A stretch of 60,205 nt of DNA, filler included, from 4 parts of 4 records of this genome joined end to end with filler, not necessarily neighbours in it; one strand, 5' to 3'. Shown: positions 40,458 through 50,371, numbered from the whole stretch's first letter. Made by a program: numbers and translations. The notes: generated by a model from the letters alone, not told the origin.

Positions 40458-40700
40458 TTATTCGATGGCGGCCTTGAGTGCGTCACGGTCAGCTTCCGAC
40501 AGGCTGTCACCGTGGCTTGCGAGATAATCCTCGACCACTTTGCGGCTTGTCGCACGCTGTTCCTCGGTTTGCCGTGCCGTTTTCGCTCTGGCGATCTGGT
40601 TGTTCACCAACCCTGCATCATATTTTGCAACCTCTTCCGGTGTGCGCCAGTCGGGCAGATCGTTACATTCGTCTTTGTTAATGCCTTTAGGCCCTCTCAT
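40458..40700 (-). CDS. Hypothetical protein (probably 5'-truncated at contig end)
   Basis: Charged helical ORF convergent on the virB5-like gene. Confidence 0.4.
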   Translation of the reverse strand: MRGPKGINKDECNDLPDWRTPEEVAKYDAGLVNNQIARAKTARQTEEQRATSRKVVEDYLASHGDSLSEADRDALKAAIE

Positions 40701-40800
40701 NNNNNNNNNNNNNNNNNNNNNNNNNNNNNNNNNNNNNNNNNNNNTTAATTAATTAANNNNNNNNNNNNNNNNNNNNNNNNNNNNNNNNNNNNNNNNNNNN
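40701..40800. other. Artificial contig-joining spacer
   Basis: 44 N + TTAATTAATTAA + 44 N. Confidence 0.98.
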
Positions 40801-41116
40801 CGACGGCCTTCTGGCCGACGTGACAGGCGACGAAGGCCTGGTCGGTGAACTGCTCGACACCGGCCTGCTGGGTGACAGCACCGGCGAAGACGGCACCGCG
40901 GGCGGCTTGCTGGACGGTTTGCTGGGCGAGGACGGACCTTTAGGTGATGTCCTTGGCGGTGGCGACCTGCTGGATGGCCTTACCGGTGACGACGGTCTGG
41001 TCGGTGGCCTGCTCGGTGGCGGCAACCTGCTGGGCGGCACGCTGGACAGCCTGACAGATGGCAGCGATCTGCTGGGCGGCCTGACCGATGGCCTCGACGG
41101 CTCCCCGGACATCTGA
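40801..41116 (+). CDS. Gly/Leu/Asp-rich repeat protein, C-terminal fragment
   Basis: Frame open from 40802: DGLLADVTGDEGLVGELL..LLDGLTGDDGLVGGLLGG..SPDI*. Confidence 0.75.
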
Positions 41117-41372
41117 TCGGAGAACCCCAGAGATGAAACGAGGATTTGGTCCCTTCTTCATGCTGCCAGCCCGGGCAGACACGAGGGGCCATTTCACTGG
41201 GCTGACCGGAACACCCGTGCCCCCCAGCACGTTCCGGTCAGCCTTTTTACCTTGTGAAGGATACGACGCATCCGCTGCCTTCCAGACCGCTCAGGGGCGC
41301 AGACACAGATCCCACACCAAGGCGGATCCGCAACGATTGTCCGGCGTAACCTACGACGTAGACCAGGTCGAA

Positions 41373-41675
41373 ATGAAATACACCCTGCCCCCGATCGTGA
41401 CCAAACGCGAACCAGGTCCAGGCATCTGGGCCTTTCTGTTTATCGGGCTGATCTACGCCAACCTGTCGGCGGCGGTGATCTTCCTGCTGGGCGGGCATCT
41501 TGGGCTGGTGGCACTGGCCTATGTACTGGGCGGTGTCGTGGCCACGATGGTTTCCATCCTTGTTCATGGGATGCTGCAACGGCGCGCGACACTTGCCGAC
41601 GCACCGGAGCACCCTGAACATCAACGCGACGCCCCGGCGCCAGGTCGCATCCGTGAAACGGCAAAAGCCAAATGA
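41373..41675 (+). CDS. Small membrane protein (2 TM)
   Basis: IWAFLFIGLIYANLSAAVIFLLGG / LVALAYVLGGVVATMVSILV; start set at ATG 41373. Confidence 0.55.
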   Translation: MKYTLPPIVTKREPGPGIWAFLFIGLIYANLSAAVIFLLGGHLGLVALAYVLGGVVATMVSILVHGMLQRRATLADAPEHPEHQRDAPAPGRIRETAKAK

Positions 41676-41688
41676 GAAAGTCGAAAAG

Positions 41689-42654
41689 ATGAGAATTCTT
41701 GCTGTTGATGACAATCCGTTCATTCTTGATTTCCTGCCGGCCATTCTTCAGAAAACCGACTTTAGGGACGTAAGCGTCGCGGCCTCGGGTCCACAGGCGC
41801 TTGATATTCTGGCCGAAGCAGAGGCCCCGTTTGATTGCCTGCTGTTGGACATTGAAATGCCGGAGATGGACGGGATCACTCTGTGCCGGAGAATCCGCAG
41901 CCTGGACGCCTATCACGACACCCCGATCCTGATGCTGACGTTGAAATCGGACCCGGTGTCCATCGAACAGGCGTTTGCAGCGGGCGCCAACGACTATCTC
42001 ACGAAACCTTTCGAGATCAAAGAGATGGCCACACGTTTGCGGGTGGCCAAGCGTATGACCGAAACCTCGGACAAGGCGCCACGGCTCAATCCGAACACCA
42101 TGACCAGGAACGGCCTGCCCGGCATTCACAAGTTCGGACTCGAAGATCCGGTTTATGTTCTTGGCGTCAATCAGCTGGTCCTGCCGTTTTCCCTGGGCAA
42201 TTACCTGTCGCAACTGTCGCGCAGCAATCTGAAGATCTGCCAGGCTTTCGCCGTAAAGATCGACGATATCGACGCGTTGTATCGCAATGGCACAAGCCGC
42301 GAATTTGTCAGCGCCATAGCTGCTGCTGCACAGGCAATTGCAGAGGTTGTGGACCGTACGCAACTTTTGATGGCCTATGCCGGAGACGGTACAATTCTGG
42401 GCATCGTCACCGAAGAACACCCCCCGGTCTGGCACGAGCTTGAGGACGGGCTTCAGTCCGCTTTGGACAACATGGACCTGCGTGACGACGATGGCCGTCA
42501 GATGAAAGTCACACTGTCGGTCGGTCGACCAGTTCACCCGTCGGCCAACAAGACCCAGAGGGTCAAGTTTACCTTTGACCGTGTGGTTCGTCTTGCAGAA
42601 GCCCGCCAGGCAACAAAATTCAAAGCGAACGAGAACGAGGTGCGCAGTCTCTGA
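41689..42654 (+). CDS. Response regulator: REC plus degenerate GGDEF-like domain
   Basis: ILAVDD, LLDIEMPEMDG, GANDYLTKPF; AYAGDG in place of RYGG(D/E)EF; LSVG strand. Confidence 0.85.
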   Translation: MRILAVDDNPFILDFLPAILQKTDFRDVSVAASGPQALDILAEAEAPFDCLLLDIEMPEMDGITLCRRIRSLDAYHDTPILMLTLKSDPVSIEQAFAAGANDYLTKPFEIKEMATRLRVAKRMTETSDKAPRLNPNTMTRNGLPGIHKFGLEDPVYVLGVNQLVLPFSLGNYLSQLSRSNLKICQAFAVKIDDIDALYRNGTSREFVSAIAAAAQAIAEVVDRTQLLMAYAGDGTILGIVTEEHPPVWHELEDGLQSALDNMDLRDDDGRQMKVTLSVGRPVHPSANKTQRVKFTFDRVVRLAEARQATKFKANENEVRSL

Positions 42655-42827
42655 CGGTGAGCACCTGAACCGAATACCTGCCAAATGTCCCACCAGACGA
42701 TCCCTGCTCCGCCCTGTCGAACAGGCCGCCTGGTGGGGTAACGAGTACCCCAGAACACCAAACCGATTTTTACGTCACATTATTTTTCGCGGATTTTTTA
42801 AGCCGCACACAGCCGTGTTAGGGACCC

Positions 42828-43766
42828 ATGAAAATTCTGGCCGTCGATGACAATCAGCTCACACTCGACTTGTTGTCCCAATTGACCGGGCAACTGGGTT
42901 TTCATGACGTCACAACCGCATCCTCCGGCGAAGACGCGCTTGAGCTGATCGGGCGCGACGCAGCGCCGTTCGATTGCCTGCTGTTCGATATCATGATGAC
43001 GGGGATGAACGGCATTGAATTGTGTAGCCTGGTGCGCGCCCTGCCCGCCTACCAGCACACGCCGATCATCATGCTGACCTCGATGACTGACAGGGACTAT
43101 GTGGATCGCGCCTTCAAGGCGGGGGCGACAGATTACGCCAACAAACCTTTCCATATTTCAGAGCTCGGCGCGCGGTTGCGCATCGCAAAGCAGATCCGGG
43201 ACGCCCACAGTGCCCATACATCGCAGAACCCGCTTGCCATAGATGCAAAGCAAAGCCTGTCCCAAAGCTTTACGATCACAGGCTTTCCCGGGTTGATCAG
43301 CTATGATGCTCTGGGCAACTACCTGCTGCAACTGTCCCAGGCGGGGCTTGCCGGATCGCAGGTGGAGGCTGTGAAAATCCATCGGATCGACACCATTCAT
43401 ACAAGGACGTCTTCCGACGAATTCTCCTATGCCCTGGGAGAAGTGGCGGATGCCATCAGCAGCGCCCTGATGACCCAGAACGCCATGATGGCCTATGCCG
43501 GAAACGGTGCATTCTTGATTGTGCGGGGCAGAACCGGAATGATGTCATCGGTTGATCTGGAAACAGAGATCCAGAACCTGCTGGATGACAAGGGGACCGA
43601 ATACGACAACGGTGATCCTCTGGATCTGGATATTTCGATTGGCAATCCAATCCTCCCACGGCTCAACGCCACAAGACCGGCGCGCGATGTCTTCGAACGC
43701 GCGCTTGCAAGGGCCGAGCAACGCATGGCCCAACAGACGGGCCATGCTACGACACTCCAAGCTTAA
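42828..43766 (+). CDS. Response regulator: REC plus degenerate GGDEF-like domain (paralogue)
   Basis: ILAVDD, LFDIMMTGMNG, GATDYANKPF; AYAGNGAF; ISIG strand. Confidence 0.85.
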   Translation: MKILAVDDNQLTLDLLSQLTGQLGFHDVTTASSGEDALELIGRDAAPFDCLLFDIMMTGMNGIELCSLVRALPAYQHTPIIMLTSMTDRDYVDRAFKAGATDYANKPFHISELGARLRIAKQIRDAHSAHTSQNPLAIDAKQSLSQSFTITGFPGLISYDALGNYLLQLSQAGLAGSQVEAVKIHRIDTIHTRTSSDEFSYALGEVADAISSALMTQNAMMAYAGNGAFLIVRGRTGMMSSVDLETEIQNLLDDKGTEYDNGDPLDLDISIGNPILPRLNATRPARDVFERALARAEQRMAQQTGHATTLQA

Positions 43767-43827
43767 AACCCCTCTCACAGGTAACGCGACCATAGCGGGG
43801 TCAGGTCGCGGACAGGACAGTCCACGT

Positions 43828-44724
43828 TCAGCTTCCGGCGTCAGGCCAGACCAACGAGCGGTGCACATGCATGCCCGTCAACGCGCCATCCCCTACGGCA
43901 AGGGACACGGAACTTGGGGCGACAGCCACGTCGCCACAGGCAAACACGCCCGGCACAGAGGTCTCTTTCGACCCACTCACTGCAATCATCTGCCCCATCG
44001 GGTTTTCTGCAAGGGCGCAGCCCAAGGTGGCGGGCAGCGTGCTGGCCGGTGACATGCGCGTTGCGGTAAACAGACCCGCAAAGGAAAGCTGGCGACCGTC
44101 CGTCAGCCGCAGGTCGGCCTCGTTCTCAACGGCAGCGATCGGCGTATCGACGACGGTGATCCCCTTTTGCTCCAGCCTCTGACGGTCGGCGTTTTCCAGT
44201 GTCACGACACCGTTTACCAGCAACGTGATGGTGCCCCACTCGGTCAGAAGCTCGGCCTGATGCACCGACGCCGGACCCGAGGCGATCACACCAATAGCAC
44301 CTTTGTCCAGCTCATACCCGTGGCAATAGGGACAGTGAAAGACTGACCTGCCCCACCGCTCGGCCAGCCCTGCAATCCGGGGCAACTGGTCGGTCACGCC
44401 GGTGGCAAACAGAATGCGGCGACCGTGGTGCGGCTCTCCGTCGGCCGATGTCACGACAAAACCGTCGCGCGCGCCGGTGACCGCGGTGGCTTCGCCCTCT
44501 GTCCAGGTCAGCGTCGGATAGGCCTCCAATTCGGTGCGGGCCTTGCGGGCGATAACCGCCGGATCAACGCCGTCCTGCCCAAGAAAGCCGTGGGAATGGG
44601 CGGCCGTCCGGTTGCGTCTTTGCCCCGCGTCGATGACCAGCACCGATCTGCGCGCGCGAAGGAGTTGCAGGGAAGCGGCCATGCCGGCGTAGCTCCCCCC
44701 GATAACAATAACATCATGGATCAT
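43828..44724 (-). CDS. Thioredoxin reductase-like NAD(P)/FAD oxidoreductase
   Basis: IGGSYAG, FATGVTD, CPYCHGYE, GVFACGD. Confidence 0.92.
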   Translation of the reverse strand: MIHDVIVIGGSYAGMAASLQLLRARRSVLVIDAGQRRNRTAAHSHGFLGQDGVDPAVIARKARTELEAYPTLTWTEGEATAVTGARDGFVVTSADGEPHHGRRILFATGVTDQLPRIAGLAERWGRSVFHCPYCHGYELDKGAIGVIASGPASVHQAELLTEWGTITLLVNGVVTLENADRQRLEQKGITVVDTPIAAVENEADLRLTDGRQLSFAGLFTATRMSPASTLPATLGCALAENPMGQMIAVSGSKETSVPGVFACGDVAVAPSSVSLAVGDGALTGMHVHRSLVWPDAGS

Positions 44725-45170
44725 CAGGTTTCTTTCTGGTTTCGCCGGGCGGCATGTCGCAGCGTGAAATCTGCGGCAAGGTCGGCCAGGGTGATCTCTC
44801 CGAAACGTTTGAGCAACAGCGCCTCGGCTTCGGCAAAGCTTTGGTCCAGCGCCGCGTTAACGGTCTGTTCAACCAGGCAGTCCGGAAGTTCATTGCGATT
44901 TCCAACAGCGAAAAGCGCAGGCTCGCCCAAGGCATCATGCAGTTGCCGCAACGAGACGACGGACAGGTCCGCCGTGATGCGCCAACCTCCTGCGTGCCCC
45001 CTGTCCGACGCCACGATTCCGGCCTGGCGCAGGAAGCCCATGCTGCGTCGGACGACCACGGGATTGGTGCCCAGACATTTTGCGAGATCGTCAGAGGTCA
45101 TAGGACCATCATGCTCTGCCATATGGAGAAGCGCATGAAGGACGGAGGAAAGGCGGCTGTCACGCTTCAT
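44724..45170 (-). CDS. Rrf2 family transcriptional regulator
   Basis: SSVLHALLHM, TNPVVVRR, RGHAGGW, ITLADL; TGATG overlap with the oxidoreductase. Confidence 0.92.
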   Translation of the reverse strand: MKRDSRLSSVLHALLHMAEHDGPMTSDDLAKCLGTNPVVVRRSMGFLRQAGIVASDRGHAGGWRITADLSVVSLRQLHDALGEPALFAVGNRNELPDCLVEQTVNAALDQSFAEAEALLLKRFGEITLADLAADFTLRHAARRNQKET

Positions 45171-45645
45171 GTAACATCAATAGTTATGATTCGCGCCGAA
45201 TGTCAACCAAGCCACGGCAATCGGGGAAACCTCTTCTGTTCTCCACGATGCGGAAGATGTCGCAAATCCAGTCGCTTATCCAGAAAAGCTCAATCAAAGG
45301 TTCGCGAAAAATCAAGGATGTGGGAATCGGCAAGCAACCGGGAAGAAGCAAACCTGGACCCGCCCGCTGAAGGTGACCAAGAAAACGGCTGGTCCAGTTT
45401 AACTCGAGATAGTTGTTACAGCCGAGAGGCGCCCAGTCGGCACCAATGGAGCTAGAATGGATCAGACAAACCCGCCTTTGTTTCCAAACAGATAGGACAA
45501 CTTCTACACCTGAACGGCCCGGAACAAGGGGCCGGATCAGCACTGACGAAACCAAACACCCGACCTTCCACGAGAGCAGGTCATGCAGTATGAATGTTTA
45601 CAGGCCCAACGTGCCAAAAATTCTAACTGCGAACACTGAATTCTT

Positions 45646-48600
45646 ATGAAAACCAATGCCGTATCGAAGTTTTTGGATGAATTCGCCTCGCGAGTATCCT
45701 CTCTTCCCGCGCCTTATCCGCGCTTTGTTGTCTTTGTTTCTGCGACGGATGGTGACAGTCGGGCGCGGGTCAGAACGATCACGGCATCTACTCTGGCTGA
45801 ATTGCGCGAACGGCTGCAGGAAAAAGCCCCGCTGCAGATGCTTGGCGCACGTCATGTGCGTTTGGACTGGGCGACCTCGGTACAGGCGGTACCCTTTGCC
45901 ACGTACATTGCCGCCTTGGAGAAGGTGAAACGCAACTACAGCCGAAAAGGTCTGTCTCTGGATGCGGATTTCCAGCATGCGATTACCGAAGGTGAATTGA
46001 ACGGCAGCGCCCTGCTTTATCAAGGCGCGCAGGTTCCGCATTGCGAAATCAACCTCAACAACTTCGGGATCTACTGGAAAAGGCGGTTTGGCAAAACGTT
46101 TGAAGTTCCCAAAGAGACCGACACCGTCCATCTCTTCTCGACTGACGGGATGTTTCGGGATGGCGACAGCGACGAAATTGTAAGCCTCGAACCATCCGGG
46201 CCGAATGGTGGTCGGCGTATTTTCGACCTTATGCAGCCTGCCAATCTGGATTTTCTGATAGATGAAAGTGCCGGGTATCTTGCGGCCCAGGTGAACGAGC
46301 ACGGCATGTTTCATTATGGCAGGCATCCCTGCTTTGACCGTCCGATCAACCACTACAACACATTGCGCCATGCCAGCAGCACCTATGCGCTGTGTGAAGC
46401 CTATGAGTTGTCCCGACGCGATGATCTTCGCGAGGCCATTGATCGGTCGTTAAGGCAGATCGCGAAAAACCTTGTCAAATACAGCCACGGACCGGACGGC
46501 GCTTCTGCCTTTCTGATGGACACGGGCAAGGAAGTAAAACTTGGCGGCAACGCCGTTGCCATTCTGGCGTGCTGCAAGTTTTTCGAGGTGACAGGCGACA
46601 AAACCGTAATTGAGCTGGCACGTCGGCTGGGCAACGGCATCTTGTCGATGCAGCGGTCTGACGGCAGCTTTTGCCACGTTCTGGATGCGGACACGCTGAC
46701 CCCTAAAGAGGACTTTCGCACGGTCTATTATGACGGAGAAGCCGCATTCGGGCTGATGCGGCTTTACGGTGCCACAGGCGATCAACGCTGGCTGGATGCG
46801 ACCCGACGTGCCGTCGATTACTTCATCGCCAAGGATTACTGGCAGTACAACGATCACTGGCTGGCGTATTGCGTCAACGAACTGTCGCGTCATTACACCG
46901 ACCCGAAATACACCGCGTTCGGCATCCGCAACGTCCGGGACTACTTGCCCTTTATCCGCGAACGGATCACCACCTTTCCGACCCTGCTGGAACTGTGTTG
47001 TGCCACCCGGCTGCTGCTGCAAAGAGCGCTGCAGGATGCATCTTTGACCCCGATCATCGACGCGCTGGATCTTCATGCGTTTCGCGAGGCAATGGAACAT
47101 CGGGCGCAATATCTGACCAACGGGTTCTTTTTTCCCGAAGTTGCGATGTATTTCCGGAATCCGGCTTCTGTCACCGGAAGCTTTTTCATTCGCCACCACG
47201 GCTTTCGGGTGCGCATCGACGATGTCGAACACTATCTGTCCGGCCTGATCGCCTATCGGTCCTATCTGAAAGAGCGGGACAGCTTTATCGACCTTTGCGA
47301 TCAGCAAAAGCGAAGGCAGGTCGGAAAACCGGGACAGGCGCGCTGGACAACCCAAGGTATCACCGACCTTCTGCCGGGGTCGGAATGGCTGCGCCCACCG
47401 TCGGCCAGCCAGGAATTGAACGGCGTTTCCACGTTCGCCCCAAGCTTTCGCGCCGATGACATCGTATTTGCGCGGCATCCGGATGACCGGTTCGGAATTC
47501 CCTATAAAGAGCTTGAAGACAGCCAGATTTTTCCACGCCTTGCCATCGTGAGCCGCAACGAAGGCGCCTCCGTCAAAGCCGGCTCCGTATTACGCGTTCC
47601 CGATATGAGCGCAGCTCTGATTGCACTGGCACATGATGCGCGCAGGTCGCTCGCTGCCCCGGTTGTCGGCATTACAGGCAGCGCGGGAAAGACGACCGTA
47701 ACCTCAATGATTGCCCATTGTCTTGGCGCAGTCGGCAAGGTTCACGCCACCCGCTTCAGCGCGAATATGGTGCGCGGCCTTGCCTGGAACCTGTGTTGCG
47801 CCCCCACCGATACGGAATACTGTATTCTGGAGATGGCGATCGGACAGATGCAAGAGAACACCCGACTGGCGCGCCCGGATATTGCAGTGTTTACCAACAT
47901 CCATCCCGCACATCTGATCTATCACAAAGACACGGCCACCATTGCTGAGAAAAAAGCGCGCATATTTACCGAGATGCCCGACAATGGCGTGGCGATCCTG
48001 AACCGGGATATGAACGAATACGAGATCGTAGAGGCCGCGGCAAAGAACAAGGGCCTGAAAATTGTAACCTATGGCTGGTCGGATAGGGCCAACATCTTTC
48101 CGGTATCCCCGGCCCCTTCGGCATCACAGGTCACGCTGAGTGTCTTCGGAGAACTCCATACAGTGCCAACCCTGAGCGCGGGACGCTATGCGATCGATAA
48201 CACGATGGCGGTGGCTGCGGTCGTCCGTGTACTGGACCAACCGGTCGGGCCGGTGCTTGCGCATCTGACGACTTTTGCAAAAGATGTCGGGCGTGGACAG
48301 GTTATCGAAATGGCTGTCGCAAAGGGTTTCGCGAAAATTCTGGATCATTCCTATAACGCAAACCCGGCATCAATGCGCGCGGCGCTGGATGACATGCTTG
48401 CGATGCCTTGCGCTGGGAAACGGGTGGCCATTCTTGGGGATATGGCTGAGCTTGGCGAAGACAGCGACGCAGCACATGCCGCGCTTATCCACCTGCTCAA
48501 AGACAAACCGTTGGATACCGTTTATCTTGTCGGCGACGCGTTCAAGGCGGGCCTTGCTTCATCTGACCATGATGGCAGGTTCAACATTCTTGATCTGGAA

Positions 48601-48711
48601 GATCTGGAGAACATCCTGACCGAACAGCTCGCCCCGGGCGATGTCGTCCTGGTAAAAGGCTCGAACAGTACGGGACTGTTTCAAAACCTTTCGAAATTCA
48701 GAATGTCTTAA
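45646..48711 (+). CDS. Fusion: N-terminal (alpha/alpha)-barrel-like domain (family usually labelled poly(glycerol-phosphate) alpha-glucosyltransferase) plus C-terminal MurF-like ligase
   Basis: YNTLRHASSTY, KLGGNAVAILA, YYDGEA, DHWLAY, RVRIDDVEH; then GITGSAGKTT, SYNANPASM, LGDMAELG, LVKGS. Confidence 0.75.
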   Translation: MKTNAVSKFLDEFASRVSSLPAPYPRFVVFVSATDGDSRARVRTITASTLAELRERLQEKAPLQMLGARHVRLDWATSVQAVPFATYIAALEKVKRNYSRKGLSLDADFQHAITEGELNGSALLYQGAQVPHCEINLNNFGIYWKRRFGKTFEVPKETDTVHLFSTDGMFRDGDSDEIVSLEPSGPNGGRRIFDLMQPANLDFLIDESAGYLAAQVNEHGMFHYGRHPCFDRPINHYNTLRHASSTYALCEAYELSRRDDLREAIDRSLRQIAKNLVKYSHGPDGASAFLMDTGKEVKLGGNAVAILACCKFFEVTGDKTVIELARRLGNGILSMQRSDGSFCHVLDADTLTPKEDFRTVYYDGEAAFGLMRLYGATGDQRWLDATRRAVDYFIAKDYWQYNDHWLAYCVNELSRHYTDPKYTAFGIRNVRDYLPFIRERITTFPTLLELCCATRLLLQRALQDASLTPIIDALDLHAFREAMEHRAQYLTNGFFFPEVAMYFRNPASVTGSFFIRHHGFRVRIDDVEHYLSGLIAYRSYLKERDSFIDLCDQQKRRQVGKPGQARWTTQGITDLLPGSEWLRPPSASQELNGVSTFAPSFRADDIVFARHPDDRFGIPYKELEDSQIFPRLAIVSRNEGASVKAGSVLRVPDMSAALIALAHDARRSLAAPVVGITGSAGKTTVTSMIAHCLGAVGKVHATRFSANMVRGLAWNLCCAPTDTEYCILEMAIGQMQENTRLARPDIAVFTNIHPAHLIYHKDTATIAEKKARIFTEMPDNGVAILNRDMNEYEIVEAAAKNKGLKIVTYGWSDRANIFPVSPAPSASQVTLSVFGELHTVPTLSAGRYAIDNTMAVAAVVRVLDQPVGPVLAHLTTFAKDVGRGQVIEMAVAKGFAKILDHSYNANPASMRAALDDMLAMPCAGKRVAILGDMAELGEDSDAAHAALIHLLKDKPLDTVYLVGDAFKAGLASSDHDGRFNILDLEDLENILTEQLAPGDVVLVKGSNSTGLFQNLSKFRMS

Positions 48712-48844
48712 CCCGCCTTCTGCCCCCCGTTGCGGTGGCTTAAACTGTGGCCGGTCTTCCGTCTTTTTGAACTGTGGTTAAGGCCAGCGGCCGCGCATTC
48801 AGGGTGACCGTCAGCTGCGCTCTCCTTTCGCAACAGTCGGCTGA

Positions 48845-48880
48845 AAAGCAAACAAGCCCCACATGGAATGCGGGGCTTGA
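48845..48880 (-). terminator. Intrinsic terminator of the minus-strand repeat gene
   Basis: Minus strand CAAGCCCCGCAT-tcc-ATGTGGGGCTTG-TTTGCTTTT. Confidence 0.75.
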
Positions 48881-48910
48881 GATTGTTTCGTTGATCTACC
48901 GAACCAGCGG

Positions 48911-49067
48911 TTAGACGATGTCGTCTGCTCCACCCAGACCACCAAGCAAGCCGCCCAGCAGGCCGTCTTCACCGGTTACACTGTCCAGCAGACCATTGTC
49001 GCCGCCGAGCAGCCCGCCAACGAGGCCGTCATCACCTGTCAAGCCATCCAGCAGACCGCTATCGCCG
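48911..49067 (-). CDS. Gly/Leu/Asp-rich repeat protein, C-terminal fragment (not in the ORF track)
   Basis: Hand translation: GDSGLLDGLTGDDGLVGGLLGGDNGLLDSVTGEDGLLGGLLGGLGGADDIV*. Confidence 0.75.
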
Positions 49068-49167
49068 NNNNNNNNNNNNNNNNNNNNNNNNNNNNNNNNN
49101 NNNNNNNNNNNTTAATTAATTAANNNNNNNNNNNNNNNNNNNNNNNNNNNNNNNNNNNNNNNNNNNN
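49068..49167. other. Artificial contig-joining spacer
   Basis: 44 N + TTAATTAATTAA + 44 N. Confidence 0.98.
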
Positions 49168-49360
49168 CTCGCTGCCGAACATCATGAAGGCGAAGAAAAA
49201 GCCGGTCGACAAGAAGACACCCGCCGATCTCGGGATCGAAATCAAGCGGCGTCTGGAAGTGCTTAAAACCGAAGAGCCGGAAGCCCGCAAGGCCGGGATA
49301 AAGGTAGCAACGGCGGCCGAACTGGTCGACAAACTGAAAAACGAAGCCGGCGTGCTTTAA
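49168..49360 (+). CDS. etfB: Electron transfer flavoprotein beta subunit, C-terminal fragment
   Basis: [25 protein letters not shown], upstream of etfA. Confidence 0.9.
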
Positions 49361-49377
49361 AAGAGGAGACGCAGATC

Positions 49378-50307
49378 ATGACCATTCTTCTTCTCGCAGA
49401 ACATGACGGCGCGACCGTTTCCGACCAGACAGCCAAGGCCGCCACGGCCGCCGTCGCCATTGGTGGAGATGTTCACCTGCTGGTGACCGGCAAGGACTGC
49501 AGCGCTGCTGCTGAAAGTGCGGCAAAGATAGCCGGTGTTGCAAAAGTGCTGGTCGCTGACAGCCAGACCTTGGCCGAAAGTCTGGCCGAACCGCTGACCG
49601 CCACAATCATGGGGCTTGCCGAAAGCTATGATGTGATCATGGCCGCGGCCACCACCACCGGCAAGAATGTGCTGCCGCGTGTTGCTGCCCTGCTGGACGT
49701 CATGCAGATTTCCGAAATCGTTGAAGTTGTCGCGCCGGACACATTCAAACGCCCGACTTATGCCGGAAACGCGATTGAAACAGTCAAATCACTGGATGCG
49801 AAAAAGGTGATCACCGTTCGCACTGCCGGTTTTGAGGCATCAGCCATGACCGGCTCCGCAGCCGTGGAGACAATCGCGGCCGCCGAAGATCCGGGTCAAT
49901 CGGTCTTCGTTAAGAACGAGATTGCTGAATCGGAACGTCCTGAATTAACCTCCGCGAAGATTATTATCTCCGGTGGCCGGGCGCTGGGTTCTTCGGAAAA
50001 ATTTCAGGCCGTCATTCTTCCCGTTGCTGACAAGCTTGGAGCCGCCGTCGGCGCATCCCGCGCTGCCGTTGATTCCGGATACGCACCGAATGACTGGCAG
50101 GTTGGTCAGACCGGCAAGGTTGTCGCCCCCGAACTATACATTGCCTGCGGCATTTCCGGTGCTATCCAGCATCTGGCGGGCATGAAGGATTCCAAGGTGA
50201 TCGTGGCGATCAACAAGGACGAAGAAGCTCCGATCTTTCAGGTCGCTGATTACGGCATTGTCGGTGATCTTTTCGAAATCCTGCCCGAACTTGAAAAGTC
50301 TCTCTGA
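49378..50307 (+). CDS. etfA: Electron transfer flavoprotein alpha subunit
   Basis: [39 protein letters not shown]. Confidence 0.97.
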   Translation: MTILLLAEHDGATVSDQTAKAATAAVAIGGDVHLLVTGKDCSAAAESAAKIAGVAKVLVADSQTLAESLAEPLTATIMGLAESYDVIMAAATTTGKNVLPRVAALLDVMQISEIVEVVAPDTFKRPTYAGNAIETVKSLDAKKVITVRTAGFEASAMTGSAAVETIAAAEDPGQSVFVKNEIAESERPELTSAKIIISGGRALGSSEKFQAVILPVADKLGAAVGASRAAVDSGYAPNDWQVGQTGKVVAPELYIACGISGAIQHLAGMKDSKVIVAINKDEEAPIFQVADYGIVGDLFEILPELEKSL

Positions 50308-50334
50308 ACCACTTCGAAAACAACATCGACCAAT

Positions 50335-50371
50335 CATGACAATGCCGGGCCCGAAGCCCGGCATTGTCATG
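50335..50371. terminator. Perfect 16-bp inverted repeat between convergent genes
   Basis: CATGACAATGCCGGGC-ccgaa-GCCCGGCATTGTCATG; no U-tract. Confidence 0.6.

Larger units (their letters stand above)
33316..40700. mobile_element. Integrative conjugative element / genomic island (partial)
   Basis: att-like tRNA fragment followed by traK/L/M-like and virB2-B5-like genes; runs off the contig. Confidence 0.7.

Noticed and set aside
40801-41116. CRISPR array or collagen-like repeat
   Set aside because: The repeats are degenerate, in-frame coding repeats without spacers or Gly-X-Y periodicity. No CRISPR array was seen anywhere in the window.
41440-42693. 417-aa minus-strand ORF (likewise 46450-47478 and 55048-55827)
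   Set aside because: Antisense shadows of well-supported genes.
48918-49115. Pro/Ser-rich ORFs in the track (also 40753-41112)
   Set aside because: They are the reverse-complement reading of the Gly/Leu/Asp repeat genes; the terminator position supports the opposite strand.
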